Below are positions 1 to 7,779 of a DNA stretch of 24,000 nt, in pieces. The position numbers and the translations under genes are program-made. Within the stretch, counting starts at the first letter, position 1, and every line of letters starts with the position of its first letter. Origin of the DNA: Duganella sp. BJB476. GTDB lineage: Bacteria > Pseudomonadota > Gammaproteobacteria > Burkholderiales > Burkholderiaceae_D. The DNA is taken from assembly GCF_003416895.1 (NCBI RefSeq), contig NZ_QVIO01000011.1:824-24823 (forward strand). The letters are read 5' to 3'. A model generated the notes under the pieces. It was not told where the DNA came from. It did not search any database and worked only from the letters and a program-made list of their open reading frames with translations.

Positions 1-783
1 CATGGCCGGCAGTTCGGCGTCGGTGCGCAGCAGGTTGAGCAGCTCGATCGAGGTCATGCGGCTCTGGTCGACCTTGGCGTCCGGGTCCACCTTGTCGCTG
101 GTGGTCAGGAAGTGGCCCATGAAGTAATTGCAGCCCCACGACATGCACATGCGCTGCTCATCCCAGGTTTCGACGCCGTCGACCGCCAGCTTCATGTCGG
201 GATAGCGCATGCGCAACTGCTTGACCAGGGACTGGAAGTCGGCCAGCGTATGCTCGCCCAGCGACAGCATGGCGACGTCGCACACCGCCAGCAGCGGCGC
301 GTCGGCCGGGTCCAGCGAAATGCCGCGCAGCGCCACCTTGCAGCCGGTCTCGCGCAGCGCCGTCATGCGGCCGGCGATCTGCTCCACCGGCAGGCTGGCG
401 CCCTTGCGGTCTAGCATGAAAACGGTGTGCGGCGCCACCAGCGGCGCATGGCGGTTGAAGATCACCGCGTCCATGCTCAGCAGCACCAGCGCGATGCGGT
501 TCTGGGCAAACTGCGGCAGACGCGCCGCGACCAGGGTCTCGACGAACACCGGCTCCGGCAGCGGCGCGCGGTTGCCGCCGAAGGGCACGGAAAAACGGTA
601 GCCGCACAGGCGGTGGCGTTCGTCGACGATTTCGGCGCGCACCACGATCGCCTCGGGATCGCCTTCGGGTTCGGGCGGCGAGGCGGGCGCCGGCGCCGCC
701 TTGGCGGGCGCGCTGGCCGGCACAGGCGCGGGTTCCGGTTTGGTTTTTAGAAACGATAAGAAGCCCACTTGCTTACCCTCCAT
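1..783 (-). CDS. Signalling protein, N-terminal part: divergent and probably non-catalytic EAL-like domain running into the start of an HDOD-type region (COG3434/YuxH-like layout). The 3' end lies beyond the left window edge.
   Basis: Absent from the ORF track because it has no stop inside the window. I read every triplet of this frame from 1 to 783 and found no reverse-strand stop. The ATG is the complement of 781-783, and an in-frame TAA lies 4 codons upstream (793-795). Translation: MEGKQVGFLSFLKTKPEP...IVVRAEIVDERHRLCGYRFSV...KVALRGISLD...KLAVDGVETWDEQRMCMSWGCNYFMGHFL...SIELLNLLRTDAELPAM. This follows the EAL+HDOD protein layout, but DDFG reads LRGIS, EGVE reads DGVE and QG reads MG. Confidence 0.55.
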   Translation of the reverse strand, partial: MEGKQVGFLSFLKTKPEPAPVPASAPAKAAPAPASPPEPEGDPEAIVVRAEIVDERHRLCGYRFSVPFGGNRAPLPEPVFVETLVAARLPQFAQNRIALVLLSMDAVIFNRHAPLVAPHTVFMLDRKGASLPVEQIAGRMTALRETGCKVALRGISLDPADAPLLAVCDVAMLSLGEHTLADFQSLVKQLRMRYPDMKLAVDGVETWDEQRMCMSWGCNYFMGHFLTTSDKVDPDAKVDQSRMTSIELLNLLRTDAELPAM

Positions 784-897
784 CACCGTATATTAATTTC
801 GATCATACAATGAAAAACCGGGCGAAAAACGCCCCCTGCCCAAAAATTCATTGCCAGACAAACACGAGCCCGCGTAACTAAAGTACAAGCTTGCCGC

Positions 898-903
898 TAT
901 AAT
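898..903 (+). promoter_or_regulatory. Candidate sigma70 -10 hexamer for the ydhF-like gene
   Basis: Exact TATAAT ending 34 nt upstream of the ATG at 938, in a GC-rich background. There is no convincing -35 (TAACTA at 17-bp spacing). Confidence 0.3.
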
Positions 904-937
904 CTCCGCCACTCCCCTCAACCCTGAAAGTGCGACC

Positions 938-1864
938 ATGAGCTACGCCCCGCCGACCGACCTGACCTGCCCCGCCATCGTCACCAGCAAAGGCGGGTTG
1001 TCCCTGTCGCGCATCGTCGCCGGCATGTGGCGCATGAACGAATGGCAGCTGACGCCGCAGCAGCGCGTCAGCTTCATCGAGCAATGCCTGGCCCTGGGCG
1101 TGACCAGTTTCGACCATGCCGACATTTACGGCGGCTACGGCGTCGAGGCGCTGTTCGGCGTAGCGCTGGCGCTGCAACCGTCGCTACGCGCGCGCATGCA
1201 ACTGGTGAGCAAGTGCGGCATCAAGCTGGTCAACCAGGCGCGCCCGGAACACACCGTCCAGCACTATGACACCCGCGCCAGCCACATCGTCGCCTCGGCC
1301 GAGCATTCGCTGCGCCAGCTGGGCACCGACCACCTGGACCTGCTGCTGATCCACCGCCCGGACCCGCTGATGGATTTCGACGAGATCGCCGGCGCCTTCG
1401 AGCGGCTGCGCCAGGCCGGCAAGGTCAGGCACTTCGGCGTGTCCAACTTCAGCCGCCACCAGTTCGAGTGCCTGAACCGCCGCATCCCGCTGGCGACCAA
1501 CCAGGTCGAGTTCTCGCCGCTGTGCGTGGCGCCGCTGTTCGATCAAACCTTCGACGGCCTGCAAGACCTGGGCGTGGCGCCGATGATCTGGTCGCCGCTG
1601 GCCGGCGGCCGCCTGTTCAGCCGCGACGACGCCGACGGCAGCCGCGTGCGGACGGCGATCCAGAAGGTGGCCGACGAGCTACGGCGCCCGTTCGGCAGCG
1701 TGGTGTTTGCGTGGATTATGCAGCTGCCGAGCCGGCCGCTGCCGTTGACGGGCTCGGGCCGCATCCAGGCGGTGGCCGAGGCGGTGGAAGCGACCCAGTT
1801 CAGCCTGAGCCGCAGCCAGTGGTTCGAGATCCTGCGCGCGGCGCGCGGTCACGAAGTGGCTTGA
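938..1864 (+). CDS. ydhF: Aldo-keto reductase family oxidoreductase, YdhF-like
   Basis: 308 aa. It is collinear from memory with E. coli YdhF: VTSFDHADIYGGYG, LVSKCGI, LDLLLIHRPDPLMD, GKVRHFGVSNF, ATNQVEFSP, LPLTGSGRI. Confidence 0.88.
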   Translation: MSYAPPTDLTCPAIVTSKGGLSLSRIVAGMWRMNEWQLTPQQRVSFIEQCLALGVTSFDHADIYGGYGVEALFGVALALQPSLRARMQLVSKCGIKLVNQARPEHTVQHYDTRASHIVASAEHSLRQLGTDHLDLLLIHRPDPLMDFDEIAGAFERLRQAGKVRHFGVSNFSRHQFECLNRRIPLATNQVEFSPLCVAPLFDQTFDGLQDLGVAPMIWSPLAGGRLFSRDDADGSRVRTAIQKVADELRRPFGSVVFAWIMQLPSRPLPLTGSGRIQAVAEAVEATQFSLSRSQWFEILRAARGHEVA

Positions 1865-1890
1865 GTTCTACAACCTGTCTTTTTAGAAGC

Positions 1891-2697
1891 TTAGTCTTCG
1901 TAGACCAGCGGCGGCGCGATCCCGCGCCAGCCCTGCCGCCACGCCAGGTTCAGCACCAGCGTGCCGGCGATGTAGACGGCGAAGAACAGCGCGAAGTACA
2001 CGGCCTGCAACCAGGCCAGCAAGCCCAGGTTGACCACCAGCAGCACCAGCGCGGCCTTGCTTTTCTTTTGCTTGGAGCTGGGGAAGCGCACGGTGGTCAC
2101 CATCAAGCCGCCCACCACGAACAGCAGCGCGACGATCAGGCCGCCATGCAGCACCGTGGCCGCCGGGTCCGGCCACGCCACCACCACCGAGGCCACGCAG
2201 GCCGCGCCGGCCGTGCTCGGCATGCCGACGAAATAGCGCGGATCGGTACGGCCGACATTCACATTGAAACGCGCCAGGCGCAGCGCGCCGCAGGCCACGA
2301 AAAAGAAACTGGCGATGCCGCCCACCCGCAGCAAGGTCGGATGGTCCACGCCCAGCTGCACGAAGCCGTAACAATACAACAGCAATGCCGGCGCGCAGCC
2401 GAAGTTCATCATGTCGGCCAGCGAGTCGAGCTGCATGCCGAACGCGGAGGCGGTGTTGGTGGCGCGCGCGACCAGGCCGTCGAGCGCGTCGAACACCCCG
2501 GCCAGCACCAGCAGCACGGCGGCCAGCCGGTAGTCATGGGCGGACCCGATCAGGGCGTTGTCGACCGAGATCACGATGCTGCCGAAGCCGCACGCGATCG
2601 ACATCAGGGTGACCAGGCTGGGCAGGGCGAACTTGGCGCGCTGCACGCGCGCATGGTGTAATGGCTTCAAATTGGGGCAATCAAAAAAACGCCGCAT
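1891..2697 (-). CDS. pssA: CDP-diacylglycerol--serine O-phosphatidyltransferase (CDP-alcohol phosphatidyltransferase family)
   Basis: 268 aa, multi-TM. The CDP-alcohol transferase motif reads DALDGLVARATNTASAFGMQLDSLAD (D-G-x2-A-R...G-x3-D-x3-D). It also has the LARFN segment typical of PssA. Confidence 0.88.
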   Translation of the reverse strand: MRRFFDCPNLKPLHHARVQRAKFALPSLVTLMSIACGFGSIVISVDNALIGSAHDYRLAAVLLVLAGVFDALDGLVARATNTASAFGMQLDSLADMMNFGCAPALLLYCYGFVQLGVDHPTLLRVGGIASFFFVACGALRLARFNVNVGRTDPRYFVGMPSTAGAACVASVVVAWPDPAATVLHGGLIVALLFVVGGLMVTTVRFPSSKQKKSKAALVLLVVNLGLLAWLQAVYFALFFAVYIAGTLVLNLAWRQGWRGIAPPLVYED

Positions 2698-2830
2698 GGC
2701 ACAGCAAACGGCAAGCTTACCATTTTAACCCGGTGTCATCGTTGTTCATACCGGGTGCTGCCAGACTGAAATCTGGCATAAAATTGCTACAGCCGGCCAC
2801 GGCCCGGCGGCACACTGCACAGGAGTTTCC

Positions 2831-3793
2831 ATGATGACCCACCGTCGATGCGCCCCCGCGCTGTCCGCCTTGCTGCTGGCCCTGTTGCTGTCCGCCTGTG
2901 GCGGCGGTGGTGGCGGCGGCGCGTCCTCCAGCGACAGCCCCAGCGTCGCACCGCCCGACTTGACCCAGGCGCCGGGCGCCCCCGTCTTCACCGGCAACAC
3001 CGCGCTCGACGGCTATAACTGGATCAACTACCGGCGCGCGCAGCTGGGCCTGTCCACCCTGGCGCGCAACGCCGGCATCGACGCCGCGGCCCAGGGCCAT
3101 TCCAACTACCAGCGCCTGAACAACACCGTCAGCCACGAGCAGACGCCCGGCCTGCCCGGCTTCACCGGCGCCACCCTGCTCGACCGCCTGACCAACGCCG
3201 GCTACCAGACCCCGCTGCCGTATGCGATCGGCGAAGTGATTTCCGCCACCAGCAACCCGTCCGGCTTTTACCAGGCGGAGGAATTGATCACCGCGATCTA
3301 CCACCGCTTCGTGATGTTCGAGCCGGTGTTCAAGGAAGTCGGCACCGGCGCCGCGACCACCAGCGCCAACTACACCTATTTCACCGCCGACCTGACCGCT
3401 GTCGGCGGCTACGGCGCCGGCCTGGGCGCGGGCCGCATCGTCAACTACCCGGCCGCCAACCAGAGCGGCGTGCCGGTCAACTTCTTCAGCGACAGCGAAT
3501 CGCCCGACCCGGTGCCGGGACGCAACGAGGTCGGCTATCCGATCAGCGTCCACGCCGACACCATCCGCGCCGGCGTCGGCGTGACGGTGCAAAACTTCAC
3601 GGTGGCGCCGCGCGGCGGCGCCACGCTGGACGTGCGCCTGCTCAGCCACGCCGTCGACGCCCTGACGCCCGAGACCGCCGCCGCCATCGTGCCGCTGGCG
3701 CCGCTCAAGAGCGCCACCGTCTACGACGTCAGCTTCAGCGGCTTGGTGGCCGGCGTGGCGGTGACGCGCAACTGGTCGTTCACCACCCGATGA
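2831..3793 (+). CDS. Lipoprotein with a CAP/SCP/PR-1-like domain and a C-terminal beta-rich domain
   Basis: SD AGGAG at 2821-2825. Signal peptide with lipobox LLSAC followed by a poly-Gly/Ser linker. The CAP-type segment reads NWINYRRAQLGLSTLARNAGIDAAAQGHSNY...SHEQ...GEVIS. Confidence 0.75.
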   Translation: MMTHRRCAPALSALLLALLLSACGGGGGGGASSSDSPSVAPPDLTQAPGAPVFTGNTALDGYNWINYRRAQLGLSTLARNAGIDAAAQGHSNYQRLNNTVSHEQTPGLPGFTGATLLDRLTNAGYQTPLPYAIGEVISATSNPSGFYQAEELITAIYHRFVMFEPVFKEVGTGAATTSANYTYFTADLTAVGGYGAGLGAGRIVNYPAANQSGVPVNFFSDSESPDPVPGRNEVGYPISVHADTIRAGVGVTVQNFTVAPRGGATLDVRLLSHAVDALTPETAAAIVPLAPLKSATVYDVSFSGLVAGVAVTRNWSFTTR

Positions 3794-4356
3794 ACGCGCC
3801 CGCCGCTGCCGTGCTGCATGTGGCCAGCGGGCTGCAACAGCTGATGGGTGACTACGCGCTGTACCTGAACATCGTGCGGCGCTTCCAGCAGCGCTACCAC
3901 GCGGCCGCGGCCGAGGTGGGCGCGGCGCTGGCGGCCGGCGACCGCGCCGACGCGGTGCGCATCGTCCACACCGTCAAGGGCGCGGCCGGCATGATCGGGG
4001 CGCAGCAGGTGCAGCAGCTGGCGGCCGCGCTGGAGGCGGCATCCTGCGCCGCGCCGCTGGCGCCGCTGGAGCAGGCGCTGGCGCAGCTGATGCAGGCAAT
4101 CGCCACGCTGCTGGCGGCCGAGGGCGCGCCGGACATCCCGGCCGCGCCGGCCCCGGCGGCGGACGCGCGCATGCTGGTGCAGCACCTGGCGCGGCTATTG
4201 GAGGAAGGCGATGGGGCGGCGATCGATGTGCTGGAACAGTCGGCCACAGTGCTGGCCGCCGCGCTGGGCGTGGCGCGCTTCGAGCGCGTGACGAGCGCGG
4301 CCCACCAGTTCGATTTCGAGACGGCGCTGGTGCAGCTGCGCGCAGACCCGGCCTGA
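3790..4356 (+). CDS. Stand-alone histidine phosphotransfer (Hpt) protein
   Basis: The start overlaps the upstream stop as ATGA (3790-3793). The Hpt layout is LQQLMGDYALYLNIVRRFQQ...GDRADAVRIVHTVKGAAGMIGA (HxxKG phospho-His motif). There is no TM or signal peptide. The C-terminal half is a second helical region ending FDFETALVQL. Confidence 0.8.
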   Translation: MNAPAAAVLHVASGLQQLMGDYALYLNIVRRFQQRYHAAAAEVGAALAAGDRADAVRIVHTVKGAAGMIGAQQVQQLAAALEAASCAAPLAPLEQALAQLMQAIATLLAAEGAPDIPAAPAPAADARMLVQHLARLLEEGDGAAIDVLEQSATVLAAALGVARFERVTSAAHQFDFETALVQLRADPA

Positions 4357-4374
4357 ATTCAACGATTCAGCGGC

Positions 4375-4581
4375 TCAGCGGGTATATTCCTTTTCCTCGT
4401 CGAAGGCGTCGGCGCACTCCTTGTCGCAGAAGCGGCGCACATTGTCCAACGGTTTGTCGCAGTACCAGCAGGCGCCCTTGGGCGGCAGCGTCTGCCGGGT
4501 GCGCGCGGGCGCCAGCGGCGCCGTGGCGGACGGCGCAACGCCGGCGCCATCATCCGGTACGCTCTCTTGTGTCGGTTCCAC
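4375..4581 (-). CDS. Small zinc-ribbon protein (CxxC...FCxxxC, FCS/YacG-like finger), function unknown
   Basis: 68 aa with a GTG start (complement of 4579-4581). A strong SD AAGGAGG (complement of 4587-4593) sits 5 nt upstream. The Cys pattern is CWYCDKPLDNVRRFCDKEC. Confidence 0.6.
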   Translation of the reverse strand: MEPTQESVPDDGAGVAPSATAPLAPARTRQTLPPKGACWYCDKPLDNVRRFCDKECADAFDEEKEYTR

Positions 4582-4650
4582 GATCGCCTCCTTTCCAGGC
4601 AGTGCTCAGGTCCACGTTTGCAAGATTACTTCAGCGGAATATCCGATGTA

Positions 4651-4662
4651 TGAGAATTCTCA
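4651..4662. repeat. Perfect 12-bp palindrome TGAGAATTCTCA in a divergent intergenic region (candidate operator)
   Basis: Read directly from the sequence. It lies between the divergently transcribed zinc-ribbon gene and the 4918 kinase. Confidence 0.3.
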
Positions 4663-4917
4663 ACCAAATCATGATAGCAGGTTCGGCATGGCGGCCCCAT
4701 GCGCCAAAAGCCCAAAAACGTGGTTGCCCAGCCGCACCGCAAGCGCTGTAGAATGAAGAAAAATTTATTAATGGAAAAGTAGAAAATGATAGTGAGTCCG
4801 ACAGGCAACATCGGGCCGCGAATTTTCGTGACTTGCTGGCGGTCCCGGGGCAAACTCGATCACCATCGACCGGTATTCCCGCCGTCCCGACGGCGCCGAT
4901 AAAGCCTCCAGCGATCC

Positions 4918-7101
4918 ATGACTTCCGCGCCTGCCCCGACCCGGCACCACGCTCCCGGCGTGCGCGCCAGTCTTGCGCTCCTGGCCATCGCTTGCATCTT
5001 GCCAGTCGTTGCCGTGACCGCTTTCCTGATCGTCCATTTCTACGACAGGGAGCGGACCCAGCTGATCGACAACACCGTCAGCCGCGCCCGCTCCATCATC
5101 ACCGCCACCGACCGCGACATCGAAAGCACCCAGCTGGCCTTGCAAACGCTGAGCACCTCGAACATGCTGCTCAACCAGGATTTGCGCGGCTTCCACCAGC
5201 GCGCCAGCGGCCTGGTGGAGAAGCTGGGCGCCGACAGCATCGTCCTGATCGGCACCGACGGCGCCCTGCTGCTGTCGACCCGCCGCCCCTGGGGCGCGCC
5301 GCTGGCCAAGCTGGGGCGGGCGCCGCTGCTGCAGCGCATCCTGGCCAGCGGCCGGCCGGGCGTGTCCGACATGTTCATCGGCCCGCTGTACGGGCGGCCC
5401 ATCTTCGTGGTCGGCGTGCCGGTGGTGCGGGCCGGCGTCATCGTCATGACGCTCAATGCCGTCTTCACGCCGCAGCGCCTGCAGCACGTGCTGACCGAGC
5501 AAAAACTGCCGGCCAACTGGCGCGCCAGCGTGCTCGACACCGAGGGCCGGGTGGCCACCCGCTCGCACGAGCAGGACACCTACGCCGGCCGCCAGGTCAG
5601 CGCCGAGCTGCGCCGGCAGATGGCCAGCGCCAGCGAGTCCGGCATGGCGACGCGCACGCTGGACGGGCAGGACGTCTACGTGGTCTACAGCCGCTCGACC
5701 CGCACCGGCTGGAGCGCCGTGCTGGGCATTCCAAGCGAGGAACTGACGGCCAGCCTGTACCGCACACTGGCCTGGCTGGTGTCGGTGACGCTCGCCGCGC
5801 TGGGCGCCGGCATGGCGCTGGCGTGGCTGCTGGGCGGGCGCATCGCCCGTTCGGTGCAGGCGCTGGTGGCGCCGGCGCGCGCGGTCGGCGCCGGCGCCAG
5901 CCTGGCGATCCCGCCGCTGCACTTCCGCGAAGCCAACCAGCTGGGACTGGCCTTGCGCGACGCCGCGCTCAGCGTGCGGCAAGCCCGCGCCGACATGCGC
6001 GAAAGCGAGCAGCGCCTGGCGCTGGCGGCCAACGCCGCCCACCTGGGCATCTGGACCCGAGAACTGAGCGACCAGCTGATCTGGTGCTCGGAGCAGTGGC
6101 GCGCGCTGTTCGGCTTCGCGCCGGAACAGCAGCTGACGCTGGCCGACCTGCTGGCCAAGGTGCACCCGGACGACCGCGCCGCCGTCCAGCACACCCTCAG
6201 CCACACCCGGCACGGCGCGCTGCGCTACGACATGGAATACCGGGTGCTGCTGGCCAGCGGCGAACAGCGCTGGATAGGTTCGCACGGCAGCATCGAGCAC
6301 GACGGGCAGGGCCGGCCGCTGCGGGTGCGCGGCGTGTCGCTCGACATCACCCAGCGCAAGCAGGCCGAGCTGGAGGTGCAGCAAAAGCAGAAGGAAGTCA
6401 CCCACCTGGCGCGGGTGGCCATGCTGGGCGAGCTGTCGGGCGCGCTGGCGCACGAGCTGAACCAGCCGCTGACGGCCATCCTCAGCAACGCCCAGGCGGC
6501 CCGCCGCTTCCTGGCCCAGCCGGCGCCCGACTTGGCCGAGGTGGCCGAGATCCTGGACGACATCGTCGACGAGGACAAGCGCGCCGGCGACATCATCCAA
6601 CGGCTGCGGCGCCTGTTCGGCAAGCAGGACACGCCGCACCAGCGGCTAGCCGCCGCCGAGCTGGTGGACGGCGTGATCCGCCTGGTGCGCAACGACCTGA
6701 TCCACCACGGCCTGACCGTGCGCACCGAGCTGGGCGAGGCGGCGCTGACGCTCAGCGCCGATCCGGTGCAGCTGCAGCAGGTGCTGATCAACCTGCTGAT
6801 GAACGCCTGCGACGCCCAGGCCGCGCAGGCGCACGCGGACGGCGTGATCGTGCTGCGCTGCGTGCGCGACGGCGACGCCGTGCAGTTCAGCGTGATCGAC
6901 CGCGGCGCCGGCATCGCGCCCGACGTCCTGGCGCGCATCTTCGATCCCTTCTACACCACCAAGGCGCGCGGCATGGGGCTGGGGCTGTCGATCTGCCGCA
7001 GCATCGCCACTGCCCACCACGGCACGCTGTGGGCGCACAACAACCCCGACGGCGGCGCCAGCTTCCACCTGCGCCTGCCGCTGGCCGAGGGTGCGCCATG
7101 A
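4918..7101 (+). CDS. Membrane sensor histidine kinase: TM, ~240-aa periplasmic Cache-like domain, TM, linker, PAS/PAC, HisKA, HATPase (FixL-type kinase core)
   Basis: 727 aa. TM1 is ASLALLAIACILPVVAVTAFLIV and TM2 is LAWLVSVTLAALGAGMALAWLLGG. PAS region: LGIWTRELSDQLIWCSEQW...YRVLLASGEQRWIGSHG. H-box: LSGALAHELNQPL (His at 6451-6453). ATP-lid boxes: NLLMNACDA, DRGAGI, GMGLGLS. Confidence 0.9.
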   Translation: MTSAPAPTRHHAPGVRASLALLAIACILPVVAVTAFLIVHFYDRERTQLIDNTVSRARSIITATDRDIESTQLALQTLSTSNMLLNQDLRGFHQRASGLVEKLGADSIVLIGTDGALLLSTRRPWGAPLAKLGRAPLLQRILASGRPGVSDMFIGPLYGRPIFVVGVPVVRAGVIVMTLNAVFTPQRLQHVLTEQKLPANWRASVLDTEGRVATRSHEQDTYAGRQVSAELRRQMASASESGMATRTLDGQDVYVVYSRSTRTGWSAVLGIPSEELTASLYRTLAWLVSVTLAALGAGMALAWLLGGRIARSVQALVAPARAVGAGASLAIPPLHFREANQLGLALRDAALSVRQARADMRESEQRLALAANAAHLGIWTRELSDQLIWCSEQWRALFGFAPEQQLTLADLLAKVHPDDRAAVQHTLSHTRHGALRYDMEYRVLLASGEQRWIGSHGSIEHDGQGRPLRVRGVSLDITQRKQAELEVQQKQKEVTHLARVAMLGELSGALAHELNQPLTAILSNAQAARRFLAQPAPDLAEVAEILDDIVDEDKRAGDIIQRLRRLFGKQDTPHQRLAAAELVDGVIRLVRNDLIHHGLTVRTELGEAALTLSADPVQLQQVLINLLMNACDAQAAQAHADGVIVLRCVRDGDAVQFSVIDRGAGIAPDVLARIFDPFYTTKARGMGLGLSICRSIATAHHGTLWAHNNPDGGASFHLRLPLAEGAP

Positions 7102-7712
7102 GCGGCGAACAAAGGGTGTTCCTGGTCGACGACCAGCCGGCCGTGCTGAAGGCGCTGGCGCGGCTGCTGGGCGCGGCCGGCTTCGCGGTGCAGCCCTACG
7201 CCAGCGCCCGCGCCTTCCTCGACGCGCTGGCGGCGGACGGCGCCGACGGTTGCCTGGTGCTGGACCTGTCGATGCCGGAGATGGACGGCCTGGCGCTGCA
7301 ACAGGCGCTGGCCGGGCGCGCCAGCACCCTGCCGATCATCTTCCTGACCGGCCACGGCGACATCGACACCGGCGTGCGCGCCATGAAACTGGGCGCGGCC
7401 GACTTCCTGACCAAGCCGGTCGACGACGAACGGCTGATCGCCGCCATCCACGCGGCGCTGGCCCAGCACCGCCAGGCGCGCAGCGCGGGCGCCGAGCTGG
7501 ACGAGATCCGCCAGCGGCTGGCCACGCTGACCCCGCGCGAAACCGAGGTGCTGCACCTGGTCATCGAAGGCTTGCTCAACAAGCAGGTGGCGGCCGCGCT
7601 GGGCACGGTGGAAAAGACCGTCAAGGTGCACCGCGCGCGCGTGATGGCGAAAATGCAAGTGCGCTCGGTGACGGCGCTGGTGCGCCTGGTCGACCGCGCG
7701 CGCCTGGGCTAG
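7098..7712 (+). CDS. Response regulator, REC + LuxR/GerE-type HTH (FixJ/NarL family)
   Basis: The real start is an internal ATG of the 959-aa track ORF and overlaps the kinase stop as ATGA (7098-7101). Motifs: VFLVDDQP, LVLDLSMPEMDG, IFLTGHGD, FLTKP, then LTPRETEVLHLVIEGLLNKQVAAALGTVEKTVKVHRARVMAKM. Confidence 0.9.
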   Translation: MSGEQRVFLVDDQPAVLKALARLLGAAGFAVQPYASARAFLDALAADGADGCLVLDLSMPEMDGLALQQALAGRASTLPIIFLTGHGDIDTGVRAMKLGAADFLTKPVDDERLIAAIHAALAQHRQARSAGAELDEIRQRLATLTPRETEVLHLVIEGLLNKQVAAALGTVEKTVKVHRARVMAKMQVRSVTALVRLVDRARLG

Positions 7713-7742
7713 CCGGCGCAAAGGCCCATAGGCCCAAGGTCC

Positions 7743-7771
7743 AATAGCCGCGCCGTTTCCGCCGGGCTATT
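7743..7771. repeat. Inverted repeat AATAGCC-N15-GGCTATT just upstream of the 7780 start
   Basis: The arms at 7743-7749 and 7765-7771 are exact reverse complements. No U-tract follows. It could be a weak hairpin or an operator. Confidence 0.3.
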
Positions 7772-7779
7772 CTGCAGGC

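Noticed and set aside
2728-2777. Inverted repeat ACCCGGT-N15-ACCGGGT (2728-2756) and small hairpin GCCAGA-ctgaaa-TCTGGC (2760-2777) in the pssA/lipoprotein divergent region
   Set aside because: The arms are short and close to chance level for GC-rich sequence. I have no supporting context, so I note them only as possible operators.
1468-3649. ORFs 1468-2661 (plus, 397 aa) and 2717-3649 (minus, 310 aa)
   Set aside because: They overlap the ydhF-like, pssA and CAP-lipoprotein genes out of frame or antisense, and their translations are Arg/Gly/Ala/His-rich with no motifs.
4837-4852. Sigma54-like element TGGCGG-N5-GGGCA (GG-N10-GC spacing) 66 nt upstream of the kinase
   Set aside because: Only the GG/GC core matches, which is easy to obtain by chance in GC-rich DNA. 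No AAA+ enhancer-binding protein is encoded in the window.
4768-6639. 623-aa minus-strand ORF
   Set aside because: It is antisense to the well-supported 4918 kinase. The translation is an Arg/Ala/Gly/Gln-rich string with no recognisable motif, which is the typical shadow ORF of GC-rich DNA.
4833-7097. 5' part of the 959-aa plus-strand ORF 4833-7712
   Set aside because: It is out of frame with the real kinase and gives a Pro/Arg/Ala/Gly-rich nonsense translation. Only the last 204 codons, from the ATG at 7098, encode the FixJ-type regulator.
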